Shown here piece after piece: positions 38,893 to 47,125 of a stretch of DNA of 64,000 nucleotides (positions within the stretch are counted from its first letter, which is position 1; every line of letters starts with the position of its first letter). A model generated the notes under the pieces. The model worked only from the letters and a program-made list of their open reading frames with translations, did not search any database and was not told the DNA's origin. The DNA is from Candidatus Latescibacterota bacterium (GTDB taxonomy: Bacteria; Latescibacterota; UBA2968; UBA8231): NCBI GenBank assembly GCA_965204725.1, contig OZ242005.1, positions 3,936,001-4,000,000 on the forward strand, read 5' to 3'. The position numbers and the translations under genes are program-made.

Positions 38893-39524
38893 AAGGTCAA
38901 CGCGAATATGTGCATGGATGGATTATCCGGCATTACGAGATGCGATAGCAGCGGAGTTTCTTTCAATTCAATTACCTGATGCCAGATTCCTGCTTCAATA
39001 AGCGTCTCCTGCATCTGGTAGTCCTCGCCCGGCGGGGTTATGCCGAAGAGGAATACGTGGGGAGTGAGACTATCGGGAGAGATCAGTTGGCCCATAAATG
39101 CCTCGCGCTCTCCGTACTGAAGCCCTTTGTAATGCGAGGCGTCACTGAGCCCGAGAACTGCTTGAGTGCGGGAACCGTCCGGCGAGTGCAACAGGACGAT
39201 TTCGGCCGTGGCCCGCCAGTCGCATAGCCCCAGAACGTGGAGGGCGCGATAGCGTCCTATTGGCAGTGGGGTTTCTTGCACCTCGCAGGCGATGTTGTCG
39301 TGCGCTCCATCGCTTTTATCTGGAAAAACAAACGATGTGCCGTTGCAACGGACGGTCGCTCCCGACGCCGGGAGATCCTCCGCCCGAAGGATCGTCCCCA
39401 TCCCGTCGAGTCCGTCGGCGGCTGGGTCGCAGGAAGAGGCGATGCCGGCGTTGTTGAAATAAGGTGCTAGGTTCACAGTTACTTGACCATTAGATCGCAT
39501 ATCTGTTTCCGTTTTTCCACTCAA
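38868..39524 (-). CDS. Hypothetical beta-rich (possibly jelly-roll) protein
   Basis: LAPYFNNAGI, FVFPD...DNIAC, LPIGRY..LHVLG, MHIFALTL; overlaps both neighbours. Confidence 0.6.
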   Translation of the reverse strand: MSGKTETDMRSNGQVTVNLAPYFNNAGIASSCDPAADGLDGMGTILRAEDLPASGATVRCNGTSFVFPDKSDGAHDNIACEVQETPLPIGRYRALHVLGLCDWRATAEIVLLHSPDGSRTQAVLGLSDASHYKGLQYGEREAFMGQLISPDSLTPHVFLFGITPPGEDYQMQETLIEAGIWHQVIELKETPLLSHLVMPDNPSMHIFALTLCQEAGSL

Positions 39525-39793
39525 GGCATAGGCGATCGGGCTGCCAACCGCTGTTCTATGTATGAGGTCAAGGTCCGAACTGAATCGAATAGGTCCACCC
39601 GCAGCTCTTCGTCCTCCACTTCAAACCCGAACTCTTCTTCAAGGGCAAAGACGATCTCTAACGCGGCAATGGAATCGGCGTCTAAACCCTCGCCAAATAG
39701 GGACTCGTCATCGGCGATGTCCTCGGGATTGATCTTGAGTTGGAGCCCTTGGACGAGGGCTTGTTTCACTCGTTGAGCTATATCGTCGCGCAT
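39521..39793 (-). CDS. Acyl carrier protein
   Basis: 90 aa, acidic; LFGEGLDADSIAALEIVFALEEEFG with the phosphopantetheine Ser. Confidence 0.9.
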   Translation of the reverse strand: MRDDIAQRVKQALVQGLQLKINPEDIADDESLFGEGLDADSIAALEIVFALEEEFGFEVEDEELRVDLFDSVRTLTSYIEQRLAARSPMP

Positions 39794-41685
39794 GGCTGCG
39801 CCTCTTCCTCGGCAAAGTAGTTGATGACCACCTCGATAGCCCGATGGACATCCGCTTCGTCTGCAATGGATACTGCGGGAAGGCCGAACGTCTGTTCCAA
39901 GCGATTCAGTTTGTCGCGCACCTCGGCCGCGGTCATGGGTCGCGGTTTAATAGAGGTTCGGCCATAGGCCGTGCGAATGTGCTTCGCTTGATTGCTCATG
40001 GCCAACAGGAGCGTCGGTGCTTGGCACAGGGCGCGAATGCCGTTGATGGTGTCTTGGATGTAGTCGTCAGTGTCCACGCTGTTGACCACCAATAGGCAGG
40101 CTTGGGGCTTGACGCCCATCAGGAACGCAAGGGTCGGCAGCGTATGGGTCTGCTGTTCCTCTACGTTATAGGGCACCGTGCCCGATTGAGTGCCGACTAA
40201 AATTAGGTCCGGCCGCTTGCGGTGGTTGATTTCCCGTATCTTGGCGTCGAGATAGAGCGCGTAGTAGTCTAGCGGCATCTCAATGGACGCCGCGTAGCCC
40301 ATGGGGAACGCGCATTCCATGCCAAAGAGGGCCGAGTGGTGTTCGGTGCCGATTTGCCCTATCTGGTAGCCTAGTTCCAGCAGCCGGCGGCGCAGGGCGA
40401 GTTGTAGGGTAAATTTACCTTGCTGTGAGCTGGTGCCTGTGACAGCTAAGACCGGCACATCCACTTGGGGCCAGTACTCGGCCGAACGGAGGGTTTGCCG
40501 TATTTCTTTGGAGGACAACGCTGGATAGTATAGCCGCAGGCCCTTGGCGTCAGCCTGTTCGTACAGACCGGCGTACCGCTCGTGCGGCAGGGCCAAGAGG
40601 CTGAATACATGGACGCCTTGGTCTATGGCGGTTTGAACGGCTTCGCGCAGCAGGTCTCTTTTGCGGATGCGGCTAAGTTCGTCCATATAGCCCAAAACGA
40701 GGGTATCGGCACCCCGTAGGGAGGCGGTCAGGCTGGGGGCAATCGGCAGGCCCGCTGGCGGCAGACCAATGGCCTCGCCCGCGTCTTGGCCAACCAAGCC
40801 CTTGCCGACCAGATCGCCGACCCCGACGATCTCAAAGCCGAGCAGGTCACGCCCGCGCACCAGCGAGTGCATCTCCTTGTTGTAGGGATAGAGGGCGGCT
40901 TTCTGAATGTGGGCGAACGAGTCATCAGCATGGGACAGAGAAGTGGTTTTGGGCACGGTGGTGCGGGCAGCTTCGGGTTGAGCATGCGTGCGGAGGATTT
41001 CGCGCACCTGTGCTAAGCCCACCTTGGGATGAGTTTGGCGGATGAGGGTGAGCAAGCCGGTGATGTGGGGCGCGGCAAAGCTGGTGCCCCTCAGCATGAC
41101 CTCGGGCGGCTCCAGCCAGCACAGCCGCTGGAGATCGCCCCAGGCCACGCACTCGATGGCGGCTCCTTGGCGATAGTAGTAATCGCACAGCCCCTGCAAT
41201 AGCCCCGCGCCCACGCCGATGACTTGGGGTAAGTGGGCCGGGTAGCTTTCGCGGCCTTCTTCGTGATCGGCGGCTACCATTAGAACGCCTTGGTCTGCGG
41301 CCTGTTGGCAGATGCGGGCCAAGGCGTCGCGCTGCGTTACTTCGGTGGTGCCCAAACTCAGGTTGATGATGTCTATACCTTGGTCTAAGGCCCATTCAAT
41401 GGCCTTGACTAGCAAGCGGTTGTCGGCTTGTAGCAATTCATCGAAGATGCGGACGCTGTAAAGATCCGCCTCGGATGCTTTGCGACGGATGATGCCGGCG
41501 CAGGCCGTGCCGTGGCCGGCGCAATCGGCGTGATCGGCACTTTGGCGGATCGCGCCATCTGGCCCGATAGTGAGGGCGACGCCACCGGCTATTGGGCCGA
41601 TTTTGGGGTGATTGGGCACGAGGCCGCTATCGACGATAGCGACTTTGACGCCGTGGCCGGTATGGTTCGCAAGGGAAAAGCTCAT
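39778..41685 (-). CDS. S8 subtilase fused to a DUF1611/TIGR04066-like P-loop domain
   Basis: VAIVDSG, GHGTACAG, GTSFAAP triad; then YPYNKEMH, GTSSQQGKFTLQL, VGTQSG; no signal peptide; ATG 41685. Confidence 0.82.
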   Translation of the reverse strand: MSFSLANHTGHGVKVAIVDSGLVPNHPKIGPIAGGVALTIGPDGAIRQSADHADCAGHGTACAGIIRRKASEADLYSVRIFDELLQADNRLLVKAIEWALDQGIDIINLSLGTTEVTQRDALARICQQAADQGVLMVAADHEEGRESYPAHLPQVIGVGAGLLQGLCDYYYRQGAAIECVAWGDLQRLCWLEPPEVMLRGTSFAAPHITGLLTLIRQTHPKVGLAQVREILRTHAQPEAARTTVPKTTSLSHADDSFAHIQKAALYPYNKEMHSLVRGRDLLGFEIVGVGDLVGKGLVGQDAGEAIGLPPAGLPIAPSLTASLRGADTLVLGYMDELSRIRKRDLLREAVQTAIDQGVHVFSLLALPHERYAGLYEQADAKGLRLYYPALSSKEIRQTLRSAEYWPQVDVPVLAVTGTSSQQGKFTLQLALRRRLLELGYQIGQIGTEHHSALFGMECAFPMGYAASIEMPLDYYALYLDAKIREINHRKRPDLILVGTQSGTVPYNVEEQQTHTLPTLAFLMGVKPQACLLVVNSVDTDDYIQDTINGIRALCQAPTLLLAMSNQAKHIRTAYGRTSIKPRPMTAAEVRDKLNRLEQTFGLPAVSIADEADVHRAIEVVINYFAEEEAQPCATI

Positions 41686-42170
41686 GGGCCTGCCCCCGCG
41701 TCTGTGGCGACTGGGAATCTGGCCGCCTGCCAAGCTGGCCAACCGCCCGTCAGAACATAGACTTCACTGCGGATCGACTCTTTGACGAGCCGCTTGGCTA
41801 GTGTGTAGCTGCTCCGGCAACCGCCTCCTGAACAGTAAGTGATGACTCGGGTGTCAGCCGGGTAAGACGCCAGTGTTTGGCGCAAGCTATCCGCAGAAGC
41901 ATGGGAAGGCAGGTGCAATGCTCTAGGGATATGACCGTCCTCATAAGCGTGCGTTGAGCGTGCGTCCACAAACACTACGTCGCCTTGGTCGAAAGCCTGC
42001 TTGGCCACGGGCACGGCCAGCCGATGAACGCCCTGCATGGCCCCAAGAGTCACATCGGCCTCTAGTTCCGCTATAGAGAACTGCTTGGTATAGAACCAGA
42101 TCACCCATGCGCTGCCAGCCAGCACGACCAGCCAGAGGATCAGCCCCATTCTGAGTAGCAGGCGGCTCAT
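41682..42170 (-). CDS. Membrane-anchored rhodanese-like protein
   Basis: TM helix; FVDARS...GHIPRA, YCSGGGC, LTGGWPAW. Confidence 0.85.
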   Translation of the reverse strand: MSRLLLRMGLILWLVVLAGSAWVIWFYTKQFSIAELEADVTLGAMQGVHRLAVPVAKQAFDQGDVVFVDARSTHAYEDGHIPRALHLPSHASADSLRQTLASYPADTRVITYCSGGGCRSSYTLAKRLVKESIRSEVYVLTGGWPAWQAARFPVATDAGAGP

Positions 42171-42181
42171 GCGGTTTGCTC

Positions 42182-43921
42182 CTAGGCAGCCTCTTGCTGG
42201 TGGTGAACAAACTGGGTGTAATAGCCCGGCTGTTGGCGCAGCACTTCCGGCGGCCCCTGCTCGACCACTTGACCGTTGGACAGGCAAATCACCTCATCCA
42301 CACCTTGTACCGCACTGAGCCGGTGGCTAATTAAGAGAATCGTTTGGTCGCGGTATAGGTGCTGGATGCGCTGGAAGAGGGCGGCCTCGCTTTCGGAGTC
42401 GAGTGCTGCGGTGGCTTCGTCCAAGATAAGCAGGTCCACTGGTTGCAGCAGGGTGCGAGCTAACGCAATGCGCTGGCACTGGCCGCCGGAAAGTTGGACG
42501 CCCTGTTCACCGATTTCCGCCTGCATGTCCAAGCCATTTAGCCCCACTTGCTCGCTCACCCGTTCGACTTCCGCTGGCTCGCACTTGAAGTTCCCGTAGA
42601 GGATGTTGTCTCCTACCGCATCGTTAAGTAGATGAACATGCTGACTGACTAAGCCGATGTGCGCTCTCAATTCGCGCAGGCTTATCTCTTCAAACGGCAC
42701 ACCGTCTATAAGGATGCGGCCTTGATCCGGCTGATAGAACCCACACAACATATTGGCTAGAGTTGTCTTGCCACTGCCGCTCATGCCGACTAAGGCGTAG
42801 CTTTTGCCCTTGACGAGCTTCAGGTTCACACCCTGCAAAATAGATTGGTCTCCGAAGCGGAAGTGAACATCTTGCAGTTCAATGGTGTGCTCATAGACGA
42901 AGGATTTGTGGCCGTTGTGCATCGCCTCTTGAGTGGGCAACTGCATGAATTCCAACACCCGTCGCATAGAGACCAAGCCCCGCACTAAGTCCATGTACAA
43001 ATCGTGTAGTCCGCTAACCGGACCAAACAAACGCGAAGTGTACTGAAGAAAGGCAATGAGAGTTCCGATCGTCATCGCGCCCTGCATTACTTGATAACTG
43101 CCCCAGCCCATGATGAATACTGGAGTTAGAGCCACTAGCCCCGACGAAATCGTGCGCATGGAAGCCGAGTATAGCACGTTGCGCATGGAGAATACGATCA
43201 GATCGTTAAGGGCCGAGCGAAAGCGATGCCTTTCATAGCTGTCGCTGTTGGAAAGTTGTATCAACGGGATGTGACTAAACCGCCCGATAACATAGCTAGA
43301 AAGTTTGGCCCCTTGTTGCTGAATGGATTCGACGACCCTTCTGATCTTGGGCTGAAAATAGAGCAGATTCGCCACAAATAAGGGGAGGACCACGATGGAA
43401 AGCAGAAAAAGGGTGACATCCAGCCAGCACAGGACGGCCACGAGACCTATCAAGGTCAGTACGCTATGTAGAAAACGCATGACACTTGCCGTCAACACCG
43501 ACTGGATTATGCCCACATCGCTGTTGAGGCGGAAGACGATGTCGCCGACGGTATGTCGATGGTGGAATCTGAGCGGCAAGTGCATGAGATGCTGGAACAG
43601 TTCGACGCGGATGTTCCGGACGATGCGGTTGCCGGCCCAAGCGTACAGGTAGTCAGAGGCGAAGGATAGGATCAAACGGGTGATGGTAATACCTAGTAGG
43701 ATGGCGAGGGCAACCAGCAGTGGGTAAAGCTGTTTGGCTGGCACAATTTTATCAATGACGGTTTTTAAAATGTAAGGAGGTGCTAGAGAACCGACTGTGA
43801 TACACAGTACACAGAACAGTACCACAATCCCTTGATACCAATAAGGAATTAGAAAATGCAGGAAAAAGCCGATAGTAAACCGGGCTGTTTTAGTTTTAGG
43901 CGTAGGCATGAGAGATCTCAA
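42182..43921 (-). CDS. ABC exporter (TMD+NBD half transporter, no C39 domain)
   Basis: GMSGSGKTT, LSGGQCQR, LILDEAT, ISHR; alternative start ATG 43909. Confidence 0.93.
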   Translation of the reverse strand: MRSLMPTPKTKTARFTIGFFLHFLIPYWYQGIVVLFCVLCITVGSLAPPYILKTVIDKIVPAKQLYPLLVALAILLGITITRLILSFASDYLYAWAGNRIVRNIRVELFQHLMHLPLRFHHRHTVGDIVFRLNSDVGIIQSVLTASVMRFLHSVLTLIGLVAVLCWLDVTLFLLSIVVLPLFVANLLYFQPKIRRVVESIQQQGAKLSSYVIGRFSHIPLIQLSNSDSYERHRFRSALNDLIVFSMRNVLYSASMRTISSGLVALTPVFIMGWGSYQVMQGAMTIGTLIAFLQYTSRLFGPVSGLHDLYMDLVRGLVSMRRVLEFMQLPTQEAMHNGHKSFVYEHTIELQDVHFRFGDQSILQGVNLKLVKGKSYALVGMSGSGKTTLANMLCGFYQPDQGRILIDGVPFEEISLRELRAHIGLVSQHVHLLNDAVGDNILYGNFKCEPAEVERVSEQVGLNGLDMQAEIGEQGVQLSGGQCQRIALARTLLQPVDLLILDEATAALDSESEAALFQRIQHLYRDQTILLISHRLSAVQGVDEVICLSNGQVVEQGPPEVLRQQPGYYTQFVHHQQEAA

Positions 43922-44607
43922 AGATCGGCTAAGATATGGCGGCCTTTTATAATGTCTAATAGGGACACGCCCTCCAGCGTTTTTAACGGCGAATCGGCGA
44001 AGCTGGCGGTCTTAATCTCAAGAGCCGGTAGGTGAATAGAGATGAGTTTCCAGAAAAAGAGTTGGGTGAATTGTTCTCGACCAACTAATGGGTAGTGGCA
44101 CTGGAGAATGGTCTGGCGTTCGTCAACGAGAAAAATCGCCGGCGTCCGCTCGAAGAGAGCCGCATAATCTTCCTCATAGTCCTGTATGGTTCCCACTTGG
44201 TATTTGAGCTTGAACGCCCGTGAAAATTGAGCAGCAGCCGATGGCACTGAGGACAGCGCATAGATGGGCAGTTGAGCTGGATTTTCTATATGGTCATAGA
44301 CATGTTGTAGAGTCTCTAATACTATTTCCAAGCATGGCTGACAGGAAGAGGGATTGAAGAGGACGACGATACAGCCTTGGGTTCCGGCGAAGTTGGTGTG
44401 CAGTGTGTCTTCTTTGACTTGAAATGGGATCGAGGGAAAAGACTGGCCAACCCATTGGCTAGCTTTGAAGGTGCTGATGGCGTAGGTGCGGTAATTCCGC
44501 ATATCTACGAGATAGATTTTGCCGAACCAAGCTACTACGGTAGTCAGGGCGACGAGTTGTAGTAAGTTGGTGGCGACCAACAGCTTCAGTAGTATTTTAT
44601 GTTGCAT
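43918..44607 (-). CDS. Membrane-anchored thioredoxin-fold protein
   Basis: TM helix, VVLFNPSSCQPC, RTPAIFLVD; probable ATG 44607. Confidence 0.7.
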   Translation of the reverse strand: MQHKILLKLLVATNLLQLVALTTVVAWFGKIYLVDMRNYRTYAISTFKASQWVGQSFPSIPFQVKEDTLHTNFAGTQGCIVVLFNPSSCQPCLEIVLETLQHVYDHIENPAQLPIYALSSVPSAAAQFSRAFKLKYQVGTIQDYEEDYAALFERTPAIFLVDERQTILQCHYPLVGREQFTQLFFWKLISIHLPALEIKTASFADSPLKTLEGVSLLDIIKGRHILADL

Positions 44608-44699
44608 GGTAGCAACCGACGATTTGGGTGGCCCGGTCCCAGTGCTGGGACCGGACCGCTGCATGACCAAAGTATGGGCCTTGAAGTTAGAGGCCGATC

Positions 44700-44897
44700 C
44701 TAGCACTTATCGCTCGTTTTGGTTGCGGGAGGAGTGCAGTCATCCCAAATATCCCAGTAATCTATTACGCACTCGTACTCTTCCGTACAAGCGTCGAAAT
44801 ACACTAACTCCCAGTCGCCCCCGTGAGAGCCCTCACGCTCGTAGGCCTGAACCAAGGCGGTGCGCCTGTTTGGGGTTTTCTTGCTGAGTGTTTTCAT
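44700..44897 (-). CDS. Putative RiPP precursor peptide (65 aa)
   Basis: AAGGAG RBS 7 nt before ATG; MKTLSKKTPNRRTALVQAY-EREGSHGGDWELVYFDACTEEYECVIDYWDIWDDCTPPATKTSDKC. Confidence 0.75.
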   Translation of the reverse strand: MKTLSKKTPNRRTALVQAYEREGSHGGDWELVYFDACTEEYECVIDYWDIWDDCTPPATKTSDKC

Positions 44898-44969
44898 GAG
44901 ATTGCTCCTTAGTAAAGAGTGATGAATGATAGAACCAAGGCCCATAATACTGGTTCGTGATAGGATATC

Positions 44970-46130
44970 TTAGTTTATATCAAAGGACAGCGTATATGTC
45001 TCGACCGTGCCATTGGATATCTCCGCCCTTTCACTCGACGGTTCTCTCCATATATACAGATGCCCCTGCCAAGCGGCGACACTGTTCCAAGGGGCCATGT
45101 TGGACACGAGAGACTCTACCTTCGCTCTATCGAACGTATATGTCTCCATGTTAGACGAAGAGGTAAGATCGTAAAGTATCCACCATTGTGCATCTCTAGC
45201 CACTTGGTGAGAGACAAATAGATACCGATCGTCTATTAGGGTCATGTTTTTGAGCGTGGTCATCTCCAATCCATACATACCCTCAGACGAACCTCGCCCG
45301 ATGCTATGGTAGCGTTCAGGCAAGGAGACGAAGCCCTCTGGGCGCAGACCAAACTGCCGGATGATCTGTCCGGTGTCGGCGTCGATTTCCTTGACGAGGT
45401 AGTCGTTGGGGCCCAAGTAATACAGCCGATGCCGCGCTGGACTGTAGCGCACTTGGGCAAACGCGTTCATGCGGAAGGAGACAAACTGCTGTTCATCGGT
45501 GGACAGGGGGGTGCGATAGAGCGGTTCCCAAGTCGTGGGATCCAAACTCTGTATCTCCATGATCTTCATCGGGTTTGTTTTCAGCAGAAACACTTCGCCC
45601 GCCCGGCCGATTAAAAGCCGACTTCCCTTGAACGAACGCGTCCCATCTATGTACTGCCCTTGACGATCATAACGGACGATCTGGCCGAACGTCTTGTCAA
45701 GGATATATAGCCGGCCGTGTGAGTCTATGGCCATATTTCTAGGGGAACCATACTCGCCAGGGCCGCGTCCTTGCTGGCCAAAGGAGCGAATATAATGTCC
45801 ATCCGTGCGGCTAAACTCATGGGCTTGGTCACCGATGCTATCCGTGATCAGCAAGGTGCCCTCTGGCGAGAAGCTCAGCCAGCGTACACGTCCGATACCC
45901 GGGGAGTCCTCATCAAAGGCGAGTTCGATCTGCTGTTGAAAAATCACGTCGACCTCGCCGACATATTCAACGGGCGTTTGCGAAATGTTGGTCTCATCGA
46001 CTTCGCCGACTTGGTAGGCGGTGTACCACGCTTTGACGCTGTCGCGGATGTCGCTCCACAGTCCGGCGTCGGCTGCCGTGCTACCGAGGGCGACGAGGAA
46101 TGTGCAGATGTGAAAATTTCTGGCGTTCAT
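44970..46130 (-). CDS. Secreted 6-bladed (NHL-like) beta-propeller
   Basis: Signal peptide; FGQQGRGPGEYGSP..MAID..GRLYILD..YDRQG. Confidence 0.82.
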   Translation of the reverse strand: MNARNFHICTFLVALGSTAADAGLWSDIRDSVKAWYTAYQVGEVDETNISQTPVEYVGEVDVIFQQQIELAFDEDSPGIGRVRWLSFSPEGTLLITDSIGDQAHEFSRTDGHYIRSFGQQGRGPGEYGSPRNMAIDSHGRLYILDKTFGQIVRYDRQGQYIDGTRSFKGSRLLIGRAGEVFLLKTNPMKIMEIQSLDPTTWEPLYRTPLSTDEQQFVSFRMNAFAQVRYSPARHRLYYLGPNDYLVKEIDADTGQIIRQFGLRPEGFVSLPERYHSIGRGSSEGMYGLEMTTLKNMTLIDDRYLFVSHQVARDAQWWILYDLTSSSNMETYTFDRAKVESLVSNMAPWNSVAAWQGHLYIWREPSSERAEISNGTVETYTLSFDIN

Positions 46131-46156
46131 AAGGTTTCGATCCTTTCGTTACTATA

Positions 46157-46235
46157 AAAATAGCAATCGTCGCGGTGCTTGTATATCGGGTGATCACCTG
46201 ATTTTTGGCTGATTCTTATCGGGTGATCACCTGAT
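46157..46235 (-). promoter_or_regulatory. Promoter with tandem 18-bp palindromic boxes (copy 2)
   Basis: ATCGGGTGATCACCTGAT at 46185-46202 and 46218-46235; extended -10-like TGCTATTTT on the minus strand. Confidence 0.85.
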
Positions 46236-46262
46236 TTTTTAGCCAATCAGTACCGGCGAGCT

Positions 46263-46823
46263 TCAAGAGCCAGCCTCCGCGCCGGTTGCTGTAGGATACC
46301 CGGACTTCTTCCAAATCGGCCAGCCTCCCTTCAGGATGTAGATTTTCAGCTTGAACTCATCGGTTGATGCGCTGAAGAGGCGAGTGGTTAAGTTGCCGGT
46401 CTCGCAAACGGCTCGCTCGCAATAGACGATGATGCGAGCATCAGACGCTAAGACTTGGCGCAGGTGCTCAACAGGAGCATCATAAGGCAGATGCAACGCA
46501 CTGGGGATATGACCGGATTCGTATGCGGATGTTGAGCGCAAATCCACAAAGAGGGCGTCGCCGCGGTCAAGCTCCTGTTTGGCCTCGGCCGGGTCAATGC
46601 GGCTTGTTATAACTTCTGACGAGGGCTGACCTGAGCAGGACCAGAGGGCATACCCGCTGGCCAATGCGCCCAGCCATAGGAGGAAGCCGGCCTTGGTGAG
46701 GAGCCGCGGCCACGCTCGGCCTTTCTTGCTACGCTTTTTCATGAGCTTGATCCTTAAAGAGGGAGGAGTGATGCAGGCGACGAGGAGCGTGCGGTCGTGA
46801 GAATGAGAATCGGTAGTGTTCAT
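46263..46823 (-). CDS. Second membrane-anchored rhodanese-like protein
   Basis: FVDLRS...GHIPSA, YCERAVC, LKGGWPIW; starts at 46823 or 46742, both with AAGGA. Confidence 0.82.
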   Translation of the reverse strand: MNTTDSHSHDRTLLVACITPPSLRIKLMKKRSKKGRAWPRLLTKAGFLLWLGALASGYALWSCSGQPSSEVITSRIDPAEAKQELDRGDALFVDLRSTSAYESGHIPSALHLPYDAPVEHLRQVLASDARIIVYCERAVCETGNLTTRLFSASTDEFKLKIYILKGGWPIWKKSGYPTATGAEAGS

Positions 46824-46849
46824 AAGGCTCCGGTCCTTTCGTTGTGATA

Positions 46850-46928
46850 AAAATAGCAATCGCCACGGTGCTTGTATATCGGGTGATCACCTGATTTTTG
46901 GCCGGTTCTTATCAGGTAAACACCTGAA
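46850..46928 (-). promoter_or_regulatory. Promoter with tandem 18-bp palindromic boxes (copy 3)
   Basis: ATCGGGTGATCACCTGAT 46878-46895 and ATCAGGTAAACACCTGAA 46911-46928; 46821-46928 duplicates 46128-46235. Confidence 0.85.
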
Positions 46929-47125
46929 TTTTTCCGAGAAAACGCTGATATTGGCTTGTGGCTGTGTGCGCGTCAGGACATAGACCACGCCACGATAGGT
47001 GATGGTTTGGGTCGCCGCCGGAGTTTATCGCAGGCGAGCTGCATGGGAAGGGTACAGGGTGCGGGAGGGACTAAGACCTCGATGGCAGGAGGCCTAGGCG
47101 TAGTCTCAAATGACTGCTGCTGTGC

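Noticed and set aside
44817-44822. Double-glycine leader cleavage site (HGG|DWE)
   Set aside because: The upstream residues lack the ELxxxEL pattern and the ABC transporter has no C39 domain; kept only as a secondary possibility.
44700-46130. Quinohemoprotein amine dehydrogenase (QhpC-like peptide, propeller, QhpE-like protease)
   Set aside because: No CxxCH heme subunit, radical SAM QhpD or flavoprotein QhpG, and the peptide lacks the DPCWW motif.
46185-46235. Mini CRISPR array
   Set aside because: Only two 18-bp units with a 15-bp spacer, similar spacers at three loci and no cas genes; better explained as operator sites.
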